Part shown: positions 13,371-25,220 of the stretch, piece by piece
How the letters are laid out: each line of letters begins with the position of its first letter
Position numbering within the stretch: the first letter of the stretch is position 1
Origin: Azolla caroliniana
Taxonomy: Eukaryota; Plantae; Polypodiophyta
DNA: 64,000 nt
Assembly: GCA_043228905.1 (NCBI GenBank)
Contig: JBHGNT010000008.1
Span: 2,356,001-2,420,000, forward strand
Reading direction: 5' to 3'
The notes under the pieces: model-generated
What the model saw: the letters and a program-made list of their open reading frames with translations, nothing else
Told to the model about the DNA's origin: nothing
Database searches by the model: none
Translations under genes and position numbers: made by a program

Positions 13371-15237
13371 ACTGCCCAAGTCTCTAGATCAAGTGTTGGG
13401 AAAGTCTCGACACGGTCATTCGCCGTGGACTCTTCCTTAGCCATCTGCGACTCAATGTCGTTCCTCGTGGCTACCACCTCAATCATGTCGACCTTGCACT
13501 CTTTACATCCCTTGATCACACAAGCTTCCCTCATGCTTGCACCTTCATTACTTGATATTTCGGACACAACATGTGTTCCGAAATGCTCATCCACTCTTAA
13601 AACAACATTTCCCGCTCTCGAGTTTTCGGCCTTTCTCTTCACCGTCGTTCCTCCATAAGTCGAGAAGGTGGCTTGTTTTACACCTTCTCCCATGGTACGG
13701 TCATACCAAACCTGGGCCTTCGTATTGGCCGCATCATTAGTCTGCATTTGTCGGGAGGTCTCCTCTTCGTCGATCACCATTTTCCTCGGTTTTATTTTCA
13801 GCTTCTCTTCAACCTCGACTTGTGCCTTTAAGTTCATTAATGCCTCTCTCATCAAGGCTTCTATGTTGAGTTCTGTCGAAGCTTCCCTCTTCGAGCTTTC
13901 TTCCTTTAGTGGGTTTTTATTGCCACATCCCATTCTCCTTTGAACATCCCTTGTGGGTCGTGTTGTTCTCGATGAGAGTCTCATCTCCCTCTTATCGTGT
14001 TGTCGGCATACCCTTTCCACTTTGGCCCAATCCTCAGTGATGCCATTTTCACCATTGTCATCCTCGAGTTGGATTCCAATGGCCTTCCTTTCATTCTGAT
14101 CGATTGACTTTACAAACAACAGAACTTTATTCACCCCCACCAATCTTCGATCCCGGTCCGAGAGTTGAGCGAAGCGATACTCAAACTCAACGAATGCATG
14201 CATAGCACTCTGGTGGGTCTTTCTTGATGACACCCATTCGTGAAACTCATACAGACCTCGTCCCTTTTTCTCTTCGTAACCATATGGTTCTCGTAAAGCT
14301 TCTTTGAAGGACACCCACGAATCGTGAGTTTTTTGAATCTCTTTAATCTCTTCGAAGATCGGTTCGGCCACCACTCGACAGAAGTACTCCAGCCTCATTG
14401 CTTCCTCCACTCCTCTTGAATCCATTTCGGCATTGTAGGCCTTTAGAAATATTTGGACTTTGGCTCCATCGAAAAACCCGACTCGCTTGATCATGCTTTC
14501 GATGGCTTGTTGGGCCGCATCTCGTTGTCGAGGTATTCGTCGCGGATGCGTGGAGTGAGGCGGGACCTCGGGGGTCCTGTACCGAAGAGTAAGAGAGAGA
14601 GAGAGAGACCCACTACGTGCGAGCGTAGATTCACAGGGACACGGCCCTTCGACGCAAAGACGCGAGTGGGACAGCGCCACAGAAAGACACGAAAGTATGT
14701 ATTTATTGACAAGACAAACAACAAGAACACGAAGACTACAAAACACGAAGTCGGTTACAACCGAATAGGCCGGCGAACAGATGCCGATACCTGTTCGTAA
14801 ACGCACAGAAGGACAGGAACAGGTTGGAGGTGCTGTCGGAAGCACTCGGGCATTCCTCAGAGCAGCGCGAGCCTCCCGAAACCTGCACCGAAGGAAGCTA
14901 TGGCGTTTGCAACCAGAAAGAGAGAGAGAGAGAGAAGCCTTCGCACGCAAACCCACATCACTTCCTGCTCGACTCTCCGCGATCCCCTTTACTCTCCTCG
15001 TCTCCCTCCTTTTCTAGGCAAGGAAGGAGCCGTTTCCCCTTTACTCCTTACCTACCGAATCTACCTAGGATCTCCTATGTACAACTTCAGGCGCACGTGC
15101 ATGGAGAGTCGGTTTCTACGCTCCGGTACACCGATTCCGCTTGTGGACGGTTTTCTTCACGACATCCGCCCCCACCTAACCGCGCATCCACCGGCATGCG
15201 CCAAACTGTGTTGGGACGGAGAAAACCGGTCTAGCCT

Positions 15238-18200
15238 TCATTCCCCGCCTGTCGATTCTTCCTCGTTTTCGAATCGCTCGTCGTCGCGGTCCAAGTCAAC
15301 CTGATCCGGCTCGTCGTCGTGACGTTTCTTGAACGTCTTGATCCGCTTCCCAGCTACCGGTATCGCCATTCTCGTGCCGTCGAGTTCCGCCAGATGGTAC
15401 GTCCCGTTGTCATTGGCACTTTGTACCACGTAAGGCCCGAACCACCTTCTTGCGAACTTCCGTGTCGCTCGGTGCTGGTTGTCGAGGCTGCTGTCGTAGA
15501 CTAGCACCCAGTCGCCTTCCTCTATCTTCTTCGGTCGGAGTCGGTGTGTTCGGTCGAACCGGGCTTTGTTCCTCATCCTTGCTTCCCGAAGCTTTTCCGC
15601 AGCCTGCTCCACGTCCTCCGGTCTCCGCTCGAGCTGTCGTATGCGCGCCGTCAACCGTTCCTCCCGGCTCATCTCGTCTCTCCAGTCCACGGTTGCCCAT
15701 GAGGAGACCGTACGTTCGATCGGCATGATCGGCTTCTGCCCGAACATGAGCTCTGCTGGCATGAATCCGGTTACCGAACCGTGCGTAGTCCGGTCAGCCC
15801 ACAACGCGTAAGGCAGTAGCCGCGGCCAGTTCCCGACTCGACCTCCGCATGCCCGAACTAACGCCTTGACGATCGGCCCGTGTCCGCGCTCCACCTTTCC
15901 ATTCGCCTCCGGATTGTACGCAGTGGTAAGCGAGAGCTTGACTCCTAGCCGGTCGAACAGCTCCTCGGCCTCTTCGGCGTCCAACTCCCCGCGATCAGCC
16001 ACGATCTTCCCGACGCACCCGTACCGGCATATTACGTCCTTGAGCAGGAACCGGCATACGGTCGCAGTGGTTTTGTTCTGAAGGGCCCGACCTTCCACCT
16101 GGTTCGTTAGATCTTCCCGAGCCAGGACCAGATACCGCATCTGTCCTACTCCTATCGGCATCGTTACTAGGTCTACCATCCATTTGAAGTGGATGGTCGG
16201 AGGGTACGTAGGGTGAAGTTCGTCCCGGTGTCGGACCACGGAGTGCATCTGACAGCTCTCGCAAGTTGACACGAATCGATGCACGTCCCGGTACAGTCCC
16301 GGCCACCAGTACTTCTCCTTTATCTTCTCGAACGTGGCTCAGGTTCCACGGTGTCCGGCCCAAGGGCTGTCGTGGTAGGCCGTCAGCAGCTCCTCCTGTT
16401 CTTCCTTCATCGCCACCACCCGGAGCGGAGCGCCGTCCCTCTTCTTCGGGTGCTTCCATAAGTATCCGTCCCGGAGAAAGAATCGGTAAGCTTTCTTCCG
16501 GATCCGGTTGGCCTCGTCCTTCGCCCATGACGCGTCCGGCGTCATTGACCTTAAGAATCCACCGATCTGGAGCCACTCGCCGTCGTACTTGCTCTCGTCG
16601 AAGTCGTTAAGTGCCGGAGTGCTCGTCCCATCGGTCGTCACGTACGCCGCCTCGAAGAAGTTCACGCCGACTTCTTCGTCCTCCGAAACCATGCCGCCCT
16701 CGTCATCAAACCTTGCCCTCGAAAGCATGTCGGCCATGGCGTTATCCTTTCCGGAAATGTGCCGTATTTCCGGGTCCAGGGACTTGACGTACGCTATCCA
16801 CCTGAGCATCGCCAGGTCCGATGTCGCGCATCCGGAAACCATGCCGAGAATTGGCAGGCAATCCGTCTCGATAATCACTTCTGCCCCGATCAGGTAGTCT
16901 TTGTCGGCCTTCACTGCCGAAACGATACCCCAGAGTTCACGTTTAACCTGGGCGTACCCTCGCTGTCGCTCACTGAGGACCTTCGCGCCGAATCGGATCG
17001 GGAACCGAATGCCGTCCTCGTCTTCTTGGTTGACGACCCATCCGATCCCGGTCGGACTCGTATCCACCGTTATGTATACCGGGGTACCCTTCCCGTAGAC
17101 AGCCTTCCGGAGCGCCGGTGCTGCCGCAAGAGCTTCCTTCAGCTTCCAGACCGACTCCGTATGCTCGTCTCGCCATTCGAATTTTTGCCCCTTCTTCAGC
17201 AACCCGTATAGCGGCTCCGCTACGTGGGCGTAATGCGGGATCCATATGTGGTAGAACGCGCATGCCCCTAGGAACCTCCGAACTTCTGTAACCGAGCTAC
17301 AGTCGGTCTTCATCGCGGAGATGGCTTCTACCTTTGCCGGAGACGGCTTCCGGCCATATGGTCTGCATAGATGCCCGACCACCAGGATTTCTGATTGCCC
17401 GGGATGCAATCCCTCAGTACTTTGTTCATTGCATTTACCATGTGAGCCACCGAGTTAGTCCCTCCTTGTGGCAGGGTACACATTCGCACTAGGCCGAGGG
17501 GAGTTCGCATCGTCGTAATGTCTCTGCTCTCCACGGCTAGCTGGAACTGGTCGTACCCTGAGTACAGATCACCGACCGAGTAAATCAACCTTCCGGCAAA
17601 GGCCTCCGCGAACTCGTCTATGGTCGGTCCGATTCCTGCGTTTCGAATGGTCACTCTGTTGACCGGCTGCAGGTCTTGAATGAAGCACAACGTTCCGTTT
17701 TTCTTCGGTACGGTAAACCATCGGTTCGAGTATGGGGCACTCGACGGTTCAAGAATGCCCATATCTACCTTCTGCCTCAATAGCTCCATCAACTTCGGGG
17801 TGTGAGCTCTCGGTACCGGAATTGGCTTGAGATTCCACGGCACATGCGGTACCGTGAATATCACCATCGGCTCCACGATCGTCGGGTCTACGCACCCGAT
17901 CTCTTCCGGTGAGAATGCGAAGGCTTTCCCGTGCCTTCCGAGCATCCTCCAAAACCGGTCTTCCTCCGCCGGCAGTAGGAACCCGCCCCCACTGATTTTG
18001 AGCTCCCGGAGCGTCCCGTCGGTGAAGGTGTGTCCTATGCGGGCCGGATCTCGTAAAATGGGGTCCGATGCCACCCCTCTGATTCGGGACTCGCTGCCCT
18101 CCGGTAAGGGTGCCGCGACTGGCCTTACCTTCCGGTCCACAGTCTTGTACTTTGTGCTAACTCGGGCCGTCCGATCCGACCCGAGTCCCCGACTGAAGTT

Positions 18201-18527
18201 CGCGATGACTTCGTACATCTCCTCGGAACATACCGGTATTGTCCGGTCTTCGTTAAGGTCTTCTCCGGCAACCTTCCTCAGCATCCCTAAGGTGTCGTCG
18301 AAGGAGACCGCCTCCACGGCTCCGCTGATTTCCTCGTCCGGGCCGAGAACTCCGCACGCTCGAAGTCGCTCTTCCGCCCTTGTCTTTTCTCGGCCAACGA
18401 TGCCGATCATTATACACCCTCCGTTGTCGGAGAAGCAAAATCCCCTACCTATCGTACAGTCGTGGGGTCTTTCCCGAGTGTCCGGACTGTCTCGGCCCCA
18501 TGCCTTGGCAGCCCTCTCTAAAAATCC
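15238..18527 (-). pseudogene. pol: Element E pol (RT lacking the xLDD segment by deletion at ~17400, RNase H, integrase)
   Basis: DLYSGYDQF, LPQG, VDTSPTG, ETDCLP, ADMLSR, NGKVER, WFGPY. Confidence 0.92.
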
Positions 18528-20644
18528 TCCCGGTTCTCGCCACCGAGGGACTCGCGGTTCCTCTCGTGGTTCGGCCTCACCGTCAAAAATTGCACCGAAT
18601 GGCGCCCGTCCTAGCTTTTGACCCTCGCGTAGGCTGAACCGTTGTCCAGCACCTTGGTCTCCATTCTCGCCGCCGTGATGTATGGTTCCCCTAATATGAC
18701 CGGATGCGAGGACGTCTCCTGTACGAAGAAGTGCTGGTCAATCTCGACGTCGCCGATCTTTACTCGCACATTCGGGCAGGCCCCGTGCAGTTCCTCGGTG
18801 GCGCGCGTCGCCGCCTGTATCTTCCACCCGTGCCTGGTGTTGATCGGCCACTTTCCCTTCTTATAGAAGTCCATGGACATTAGGTTTATTTCCGAACCGT
18901 GGTCCACCAACGCCACCACCGGTTCCTGAACACCTCCGATTTTTACCGGGGTCTCCGTGGTCGCTCGGGCCCAGTGTGGCCTCGAATAGTGGGTCTCCGC
19001 CCACTCGTCTTCCAGCGCCGAGTCGTAGATGTGCGTCGTCCGCACCTCCACCGGTTTTTCCGGTTCCGTCTCCGTCGACAGTCTCTTCCGTTTCACCAAG
19101 TCTACAATGGAGTCGTGGAACTCCTTCTTGGCGATCCCTAGCACCTCTCGTAATGACAGCTCCACTTTGCTGTCGAGGATCCGTTCTTCCAGGACCTTTT
19201 GTATGTCCGTAGCCCTTTCTATTTCTGTCCCTAGTCGGTACCCGCCCTTCCTGGGGTTATCTTGCGGGCCGGGCCCACCGGCATCGTTCCGTCGTTGCCC
19301 GAATCGGGTCTCGTACCGTTGTGAGGACCCGGCCGCTCCGGCTTTCCCCACTCGTTTTTCTTCTACCAGAGCCTCGTAGTTCTGGCAAGCGGCTTCTACG
19401 AAGCCCGTCTTCTCCTCGACCGGATCGCTCCACCCGGTTATTTCCCGGACCCGTCTCTCAGCGCGGTCCGTTTCATCTTTCCTCAGCCGCGCGCCGGCGA
19501 GGCCTTCCAGCATTGCCGACCAGAAACCGTCTTTACTCTCCTTTCGGGCCTCGCTGCCCCCGACCTGAATACCGGTTGACGCCGAGTAGTGGATGGCCTC
19601 CACGTGTCGGGCCGCTGCCTCTTCCATCAGTCTCTTCATACCTCCTCGCCCGTCGTTTCGGCTCAGGGCCCTCCTGGTGTCGCCAGCGTGCACCCGGCCT
19701 TCCCACAGGTACACCACCCGGTTTCTCAACGCCTCTGCGAAATCGCCGCAGTCCTTCCGAATGTGGCCGACCTCGTCACACCACATGCACCTGTTCCCCG
19801 CTGCCGGCCGTCGGTCACGAGCCGGTTCGCCGCCTTCCCTTCGAGTCTGGGCGATCTGGAGATCCTTTATCGCCCGCGTCAACTCCTCTAGCGCTGCTCC
19901 TCCGGACGAGACATTGACCATGCTGGTCGAAGCCGGACCGGTTTCGAGCCATCCCCGGGTTTCTTCCCTTCGCACTTGCGGCGCCGGTTCAAGCCTCCTT
20001 GCTGTAACGGAGCCCGCACCGGCCGCCCCGTTGTCAGCCCATTCTCGCCGTTTGTCGAAACGGCCACAGACTCTCTTAACCGCAGCCCAGTCGGTCGTCA
20101 ACCCGTCTTCAGTTTCCAACAAGGAGCCGACTTGATCCCGGTCCCGCTCGTCCACCGACTTGACGAACAGTAGGACCCGGCTCGTATCCAGGATAGTTTG
20201 GTCAAGCGCCGAAAGGCGCGCAAAGCGTTCTTTGAACTCCCGGAGGAGCGCCGACGCGTTTCTTCCTTTGCCGGGGGGCTCCACCCATTCCATGAAGTCC
20301 CGTTTCAAAAGCCGGAGCGCGTCGTCCAGCCCATATTTCTCTAGGAGTCGGCCTTCGAACTCCTCCCAGGTACGGCTCTCCGCCCGTACCTCGAGCACCT
20401 CCGCATGGATGCTCGGCATTGCCACTCGAGGGAACCCGGCAAGACGCCTCTCTTCCGGAATGTCCCGCATCAGCATTTCCGCCCCGTAGGACGCCAAATA
20501 CTTCGTAGCATCGTTTCCGCTGAAACGGCCGATCGTACCGACGACCGCCTCAATGGCTCTGTCGAGGGCACCGGTGCCCTCGCGTGTGCTCAATATCCGG
20601 TCCACGGCCGAAGACATGGCCTCTGCAAGATCCGACCCCTTCAT
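18518..20644 (-). pseudogene. gag: Element E gag-protease (one premature TAG at 18611)
   Basis: CMWCDEVGHIRKDC and ALVDHGSEIN, ending GAT TTT TAG. Confidence 0.9.
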
Positions 20645-23600
20645 CTTCTGCTCTTCTGCCGCCTCTTTCACGTCGGGTTCACCAAATATGTCGAGGTATT
20701 CCTCGCGGATGCGTGGAGTGAGGCGGGACCTCGGGGGTCTTGTACCGAAGAGTAAGAGAGAGAGAGAGAGACCCACTACGTGCGAGCGTAGATTCACAGG
20801 GACACGGCCCTTCGACGCAAAGACGCGAGTGGGACAGCGCCACAGAAAGACACGAAAGTATGTATTTATTGACAAGACAAACAACAAGAACACGAAGACT
20901 ACAAAACACGAAGTCGGTTACAACCGAACAGGCCGGCGAACAGATGCCGATACCTGTTTGTAAACGCACAGAAGGACAGGAACAGGTTGGAGGTGTACGC
21001 TCCGGTACACCGATTCCGCTTGTGGACGGTTTTCTTCACGACATCGTGTTTTCCCTTCTCTTGAAAACTCCATCATCATCTTTGACATTGCCTTCATTAG
21101 ATATTCCTTGTCCATCTTCATCCTCCCCTACCGCTCTTCACGTCGGGTTCACCAAAGATGTCGCGTTGTTACGCGCGTGCGTGTAGAAAGGCGGGGGACT
21201 AGGGAGTGACGGAGCGTAGGAAGCCGTGCTTCACCCTTTCCGGGGCACCCTAGGAGCACACCGGAAGCAACCGAAGGGAGAGAGAGAGAGTGAGCAGGCA
21301 GGCAACATTGACTCTCGCACGAACATTGTTGGGGTGTGTGTCGGCACAAGAATTCTCTCGAAATGCCTTCACTTTGGAGGTAGGAGGTGAATTCGTTGGA
21401 GAAGTACTCCTTTCCTCCATCCGATCGTAGGCATCGAATGTGTCGACCGGTTTCTTTTTTGACTTGACGTTTGAGCTTTTGGAAGTGGGAGAGCACTTCG
21501 CTTTTCTTCTTCATCAGGTAGATCCACGTGTAGCGGGAGTAGTCGTCGATGAAGGTTACGTAGTATCGGCATCCGCCGATCATCGGCGTTTGAGCCGGTC
21601 CCCATACATCCGAGTGTATGACGTCGAGGAGGCCTTTGCTCGCGCGGCTCTCCTTCGGGAATGGGAGTTGATGTTGTTTGTTGAGTTGACACGCTTCGCA
21701 TTCTCGGTCGACTCGTTTCGACTCGAATGTCGAAAGTCCGATGACAACTCCCTTGGTTTGCATCGCTCGAAGCCGTTGGAGGTTTGTGTGGTCGATTCTC
21801 TTGTGCCACAACTCGATGCTTGTCTTGATTTTGAGACCTTTCGCGTACATTGCTGATTTCACCTCGTTCGAATCGAGGATGAACATTCGGCCGTCTCTCC
21901 GCACCATAGCTATGAGTCGGCCATCTTTCTCAATGAAACAACCTTCGTTGTTGAAGCGAACTTGCATTCCTTGCTCCACGATTTGGCCAACGGAGACCAA
22001 ATTCTTCGTTATTGTGGGCACGTGCAAGACATTCTTGATGCAAGTTTGTTTGCCTTCTTTCCTGAATGGGACATTGCCGATGTGTCGAATGGGGTGTGTG
22101 GTGTGATCTCCCGTCTCTATGAAGCCGGGTTGATCCGGCGTTCGTAAATCACGAAACCACTCTTTGTGAGATGTCATGTGATGTGAGGCGCCTGAATCAA
22201 TGAACCACACGTCTTCCGAGTTGGAGGTGCTTGCGGAGTTGGAATCCGTGATAGAGTTCGCTCTATGCCTCATTACGAACATTCCGCCACGGTCGCCGTA
22301 GTCGGAATTTGGGGCGTAATTTGTAAACATTTCACTACGATCATCGTAGTCAGAATTCGACGCGTGATTCGTGAACATTCCACTACGGTTGTTGTGGTTG
22401 GAGTTCGATGCGTAGTTTGTGAGGTGTCGACTTGTTGAAGCCGACTCACATCTCTTTTTCCGACACTCCGCCTCGTAGTGGCTGATTTTGTCGCAATAAT
22501 TGCAAGTTGTGGGCCTCGTTTTCCGATCATGTTCGGTGTCGAAGCTCCCCCTTCTTCCAAAGGTTCCTCAATGGCTTATGTGAAGGTTTGAGTTCCCTTC
22601 GTGTGATGGGTTGAATTGACCTCTTCTACCGCCGTGACCTCCTCTCGACCACCGTCCGAATTCGAGAAGAACATTTGTCCTTCCGACGTCTTGCTTTTGG
22701 TTCGGACATGGTTCTCTTCGACCAATAGCATTGATTGGAGGTCGAAGAATGAAGGAGGGTTTTTCTCGCCAAGATTGCTGCCCGTAATGGATCGAATCGT
22801 TGTGCGAGGCCGCCCAAGCATACTTGAACCATCTCGTCTTCGTCGACTTTTATTTTGATGGAGCCAAGCGAGTCACAACTGCTCTTGATCTTGGCCGTGT
22901 AGTCCGACACAGACATGTCTTTTTGCCGAATGTTGTTCAACTCTTGTCAGAGTTGAAGCTTTCGGGCAGTCGTGTTGGCGGCGAACATTTTCTTTAAATT
23001 CGCCCACGCTTCTTTAGGCGTCTTGGCATCTCAAATGTGGCTAAGCATGTGGTCATGGACACATGTTGCCAAGCAATACATGACTCGACTCGCCGCTTGC
23101 TCCCATGTTGCGTAGTCGGCGTTCTTTGAGTCGGGTCGATTTTCTTGAGCGTTGTTGATGTAGCTCCAATACCCTTGGCCGACGAGGTATTGGGTCATCT
23201 TGTACTCCCAAGATGAATAATTGCTCCGGTCTAGCTTTTCACTAGGGACTGAGATACCCATTTGTGTGTTCATGTTGATTGTAGTGTCTTCTCTTCTTTT
23301 GCTTTCCTTCCTTCGGTCACGTACACTACGGTAGCCGATAGCCGGATTTTGTCGTCGGCGTCTCGAACACACAATCAAGGAGTCGTGTGGGCTTAGTGGA
23401 TTTTCTAAACCACACACTCTGATATCATGTTAAGAATTAGGTAATTAATTAAGCAAGGGTCAATTAGTACCTAATTATGTGATTAAGTTAAGTGCGGAAG
23501 ATTATGTGATATGTGTGTGTATGTGTGTGAGAGGAAGAGAGAGAGGAGAGATACACTTATGAACAACACAAGATGGGGGATGAGTAAACTAGAGTGTATA

Positions 23601-25220
23601 TTATAAAACATCATCAAATACAAAAATACCATCAATGAGGTATATATAGATCTTATGTGCAAGGGTGCACATGTGTGAGGAGAATATAGGTACAACTGTG
23701 TAAGTCCTATATTAAATGACCTTAGGAGTGGAGGATCTAGAATATCCTACTTAAGTACAAGGTCCTATTTAAGTCGTTATAGTCAACACTTCTAACTAGA
23801 TTCTATCTAAGTAACTATGAAGTTACATGGTTGACTAACTAATTAAACTAAGTTGAGCTTGATCTCTCAACAGCTTGCAAGGAAAACTAAACCTCCTTTC
23901 GGTCAAGTCCACCGATGAGATGGAATGCACCACTGGAGCTGGTGCATACCGATGCGTGTCAAGTCAATGTGAAGTCACATGTTGGATCGCAATACTTCGT
24001 GACGTTCATAGACAACCACAGCCAGAAGTTGTGGGTTTCACCGCTGAAGACAAAGGATCAGGTGCTATCCGTCTTCAAGGAGTTCCAGGCGAGAGTGGAA
24101 AGAGAAACTAGCTGGAAGCTGAAGGCGGTTCGAGCAGATAACGGAGGAGAATACCGGGGGTAGTTCGAGGAGTACTACCGGTCGAAGGGAACCCAGTTCG
24201 AATTTACCGTGCCGAAGATACCGGAATTGAACGAGCTGGCTGAACTGATGAACTAGACCATAATGGAGAGAGTCTGAAGCATGCTAGCACATGAAGCAAA
24301 GAAAGACACCCACAATTGCAAGTGGTTGAGTGCCATGCAGGACAAGATGGATTCCATGCATGATAACCACACATACGAATTGACGGAGTTGTCGAAAGGA
24401 AAGAGGCCACTTCGGAACAAGTGGCTGTACAAGTTGAAACCGGGAGACGCCGGAAAACATCCATCTGGACGGTATTGAGCATAGCAGCAAGCATGGACCT
24501 CCAGGTAGAGCAACTGGACGTCAAGACGACATTCCTACATGGCGACCTCAAAGAAGAGATCTACAACATCAACCGGAAGGATTTTAGAAGAAAGGGAAGG
24601 AGCACCTAGTATGACGGCCGAAGAAGAGCTTGTATGGATTGAAGCAAGCTCCTCGGCAATGGTACCGGAAGTTCAACTCCTTCATGACCGACCAAGGGTA
24701 CCACAAGACACAAGCTTACCACTGCGTGTTTGTGAAGAAATTTGTCGGAGGCGACTCCCTGATACTCTTGCTATATGTGGATGATATGTTGATCATCGGA
24801 CGAGACCAAGTCAAGATACAAATGTTGAAGAAGGCTCTGAACCGGACCTTCTCAATGAAAGATTTGGGTCTAGCAAGACAGATTTTGGGGATGCACATCA
24901 TCTGGGACCTGTCGAAGAAGTTGTTGTGGTTGTCACAGGAGAAGTACGTGACAAAGGTGCTTCAACGGTTCAACATGTCGGAGGCGAAACCGGTCGGATC
25001 GACACTTCCAGCAAATTGCAAGTTGTCCGGAAAGTAGAGCCCAAAGAAAAAGGTAGAGAAATCGGATATGGCGAAGATACCATATGCCTCTGCCGTCGGA
25101 AGCTTAATGTACGCAATGGTGTGCAGTCGGCTGGATATTGCATATGTTGTCAAAGTAGTCAGCCGGTTCATGAGCAATCCAGGAAGAGAGCATTGGAACA
25201 CAGTCAAGTGGATACTCCGA

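Larger units (their letters stand above)
14526..21043 (-). mobile_element. Phygy-like Gypsy element E, 4-bp TSD TCGT
   Basis: 3' LTR 14526-15164, 5' LTR 20689-21043 (internal ~280-bp deletion), TSD 14522-14525 and 21044-21047, PPT 15165-15176. Confidence 0.95.
13371..21325 (-). mobile_element. Gag-only Phygy-like element D (LTR remnant 21159-21325), split by element E
   Basis: PBS-Trp and ATG at 21121 (MKMDKEYL...GKTR), resuming in frame at ~14521 (DAAQQAIESMIKRVGFFDG). Confidence 0.82.
9137..23872 (-). mobile_element. Copia element C (RT/RNase H deleted)
   Basis: LTRs 9137-9583 and 23428-23872, degenerate PBS TGATATCAGAGT (23416-23427), PPT 9584-9595, degraded TSD GCTGA/GCTTG. Gag near 23270, PR/INT 21326-22300, INT end ~10525-9760. 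Confidence 0.9.

Noticed and set aside
13061-14956. 631-aa ORF as a novel gene
   Set aside because: It is a chimera of the E 3' LTR, D gag and the antisense of F
4890-17400. Complementary deletions in B (RNase H) and E (RT core) as a trans-complementing pair
   Set aside because: Both also carry stops and frameshifts, and the deletions fit ordinary microhomology-mediated decay
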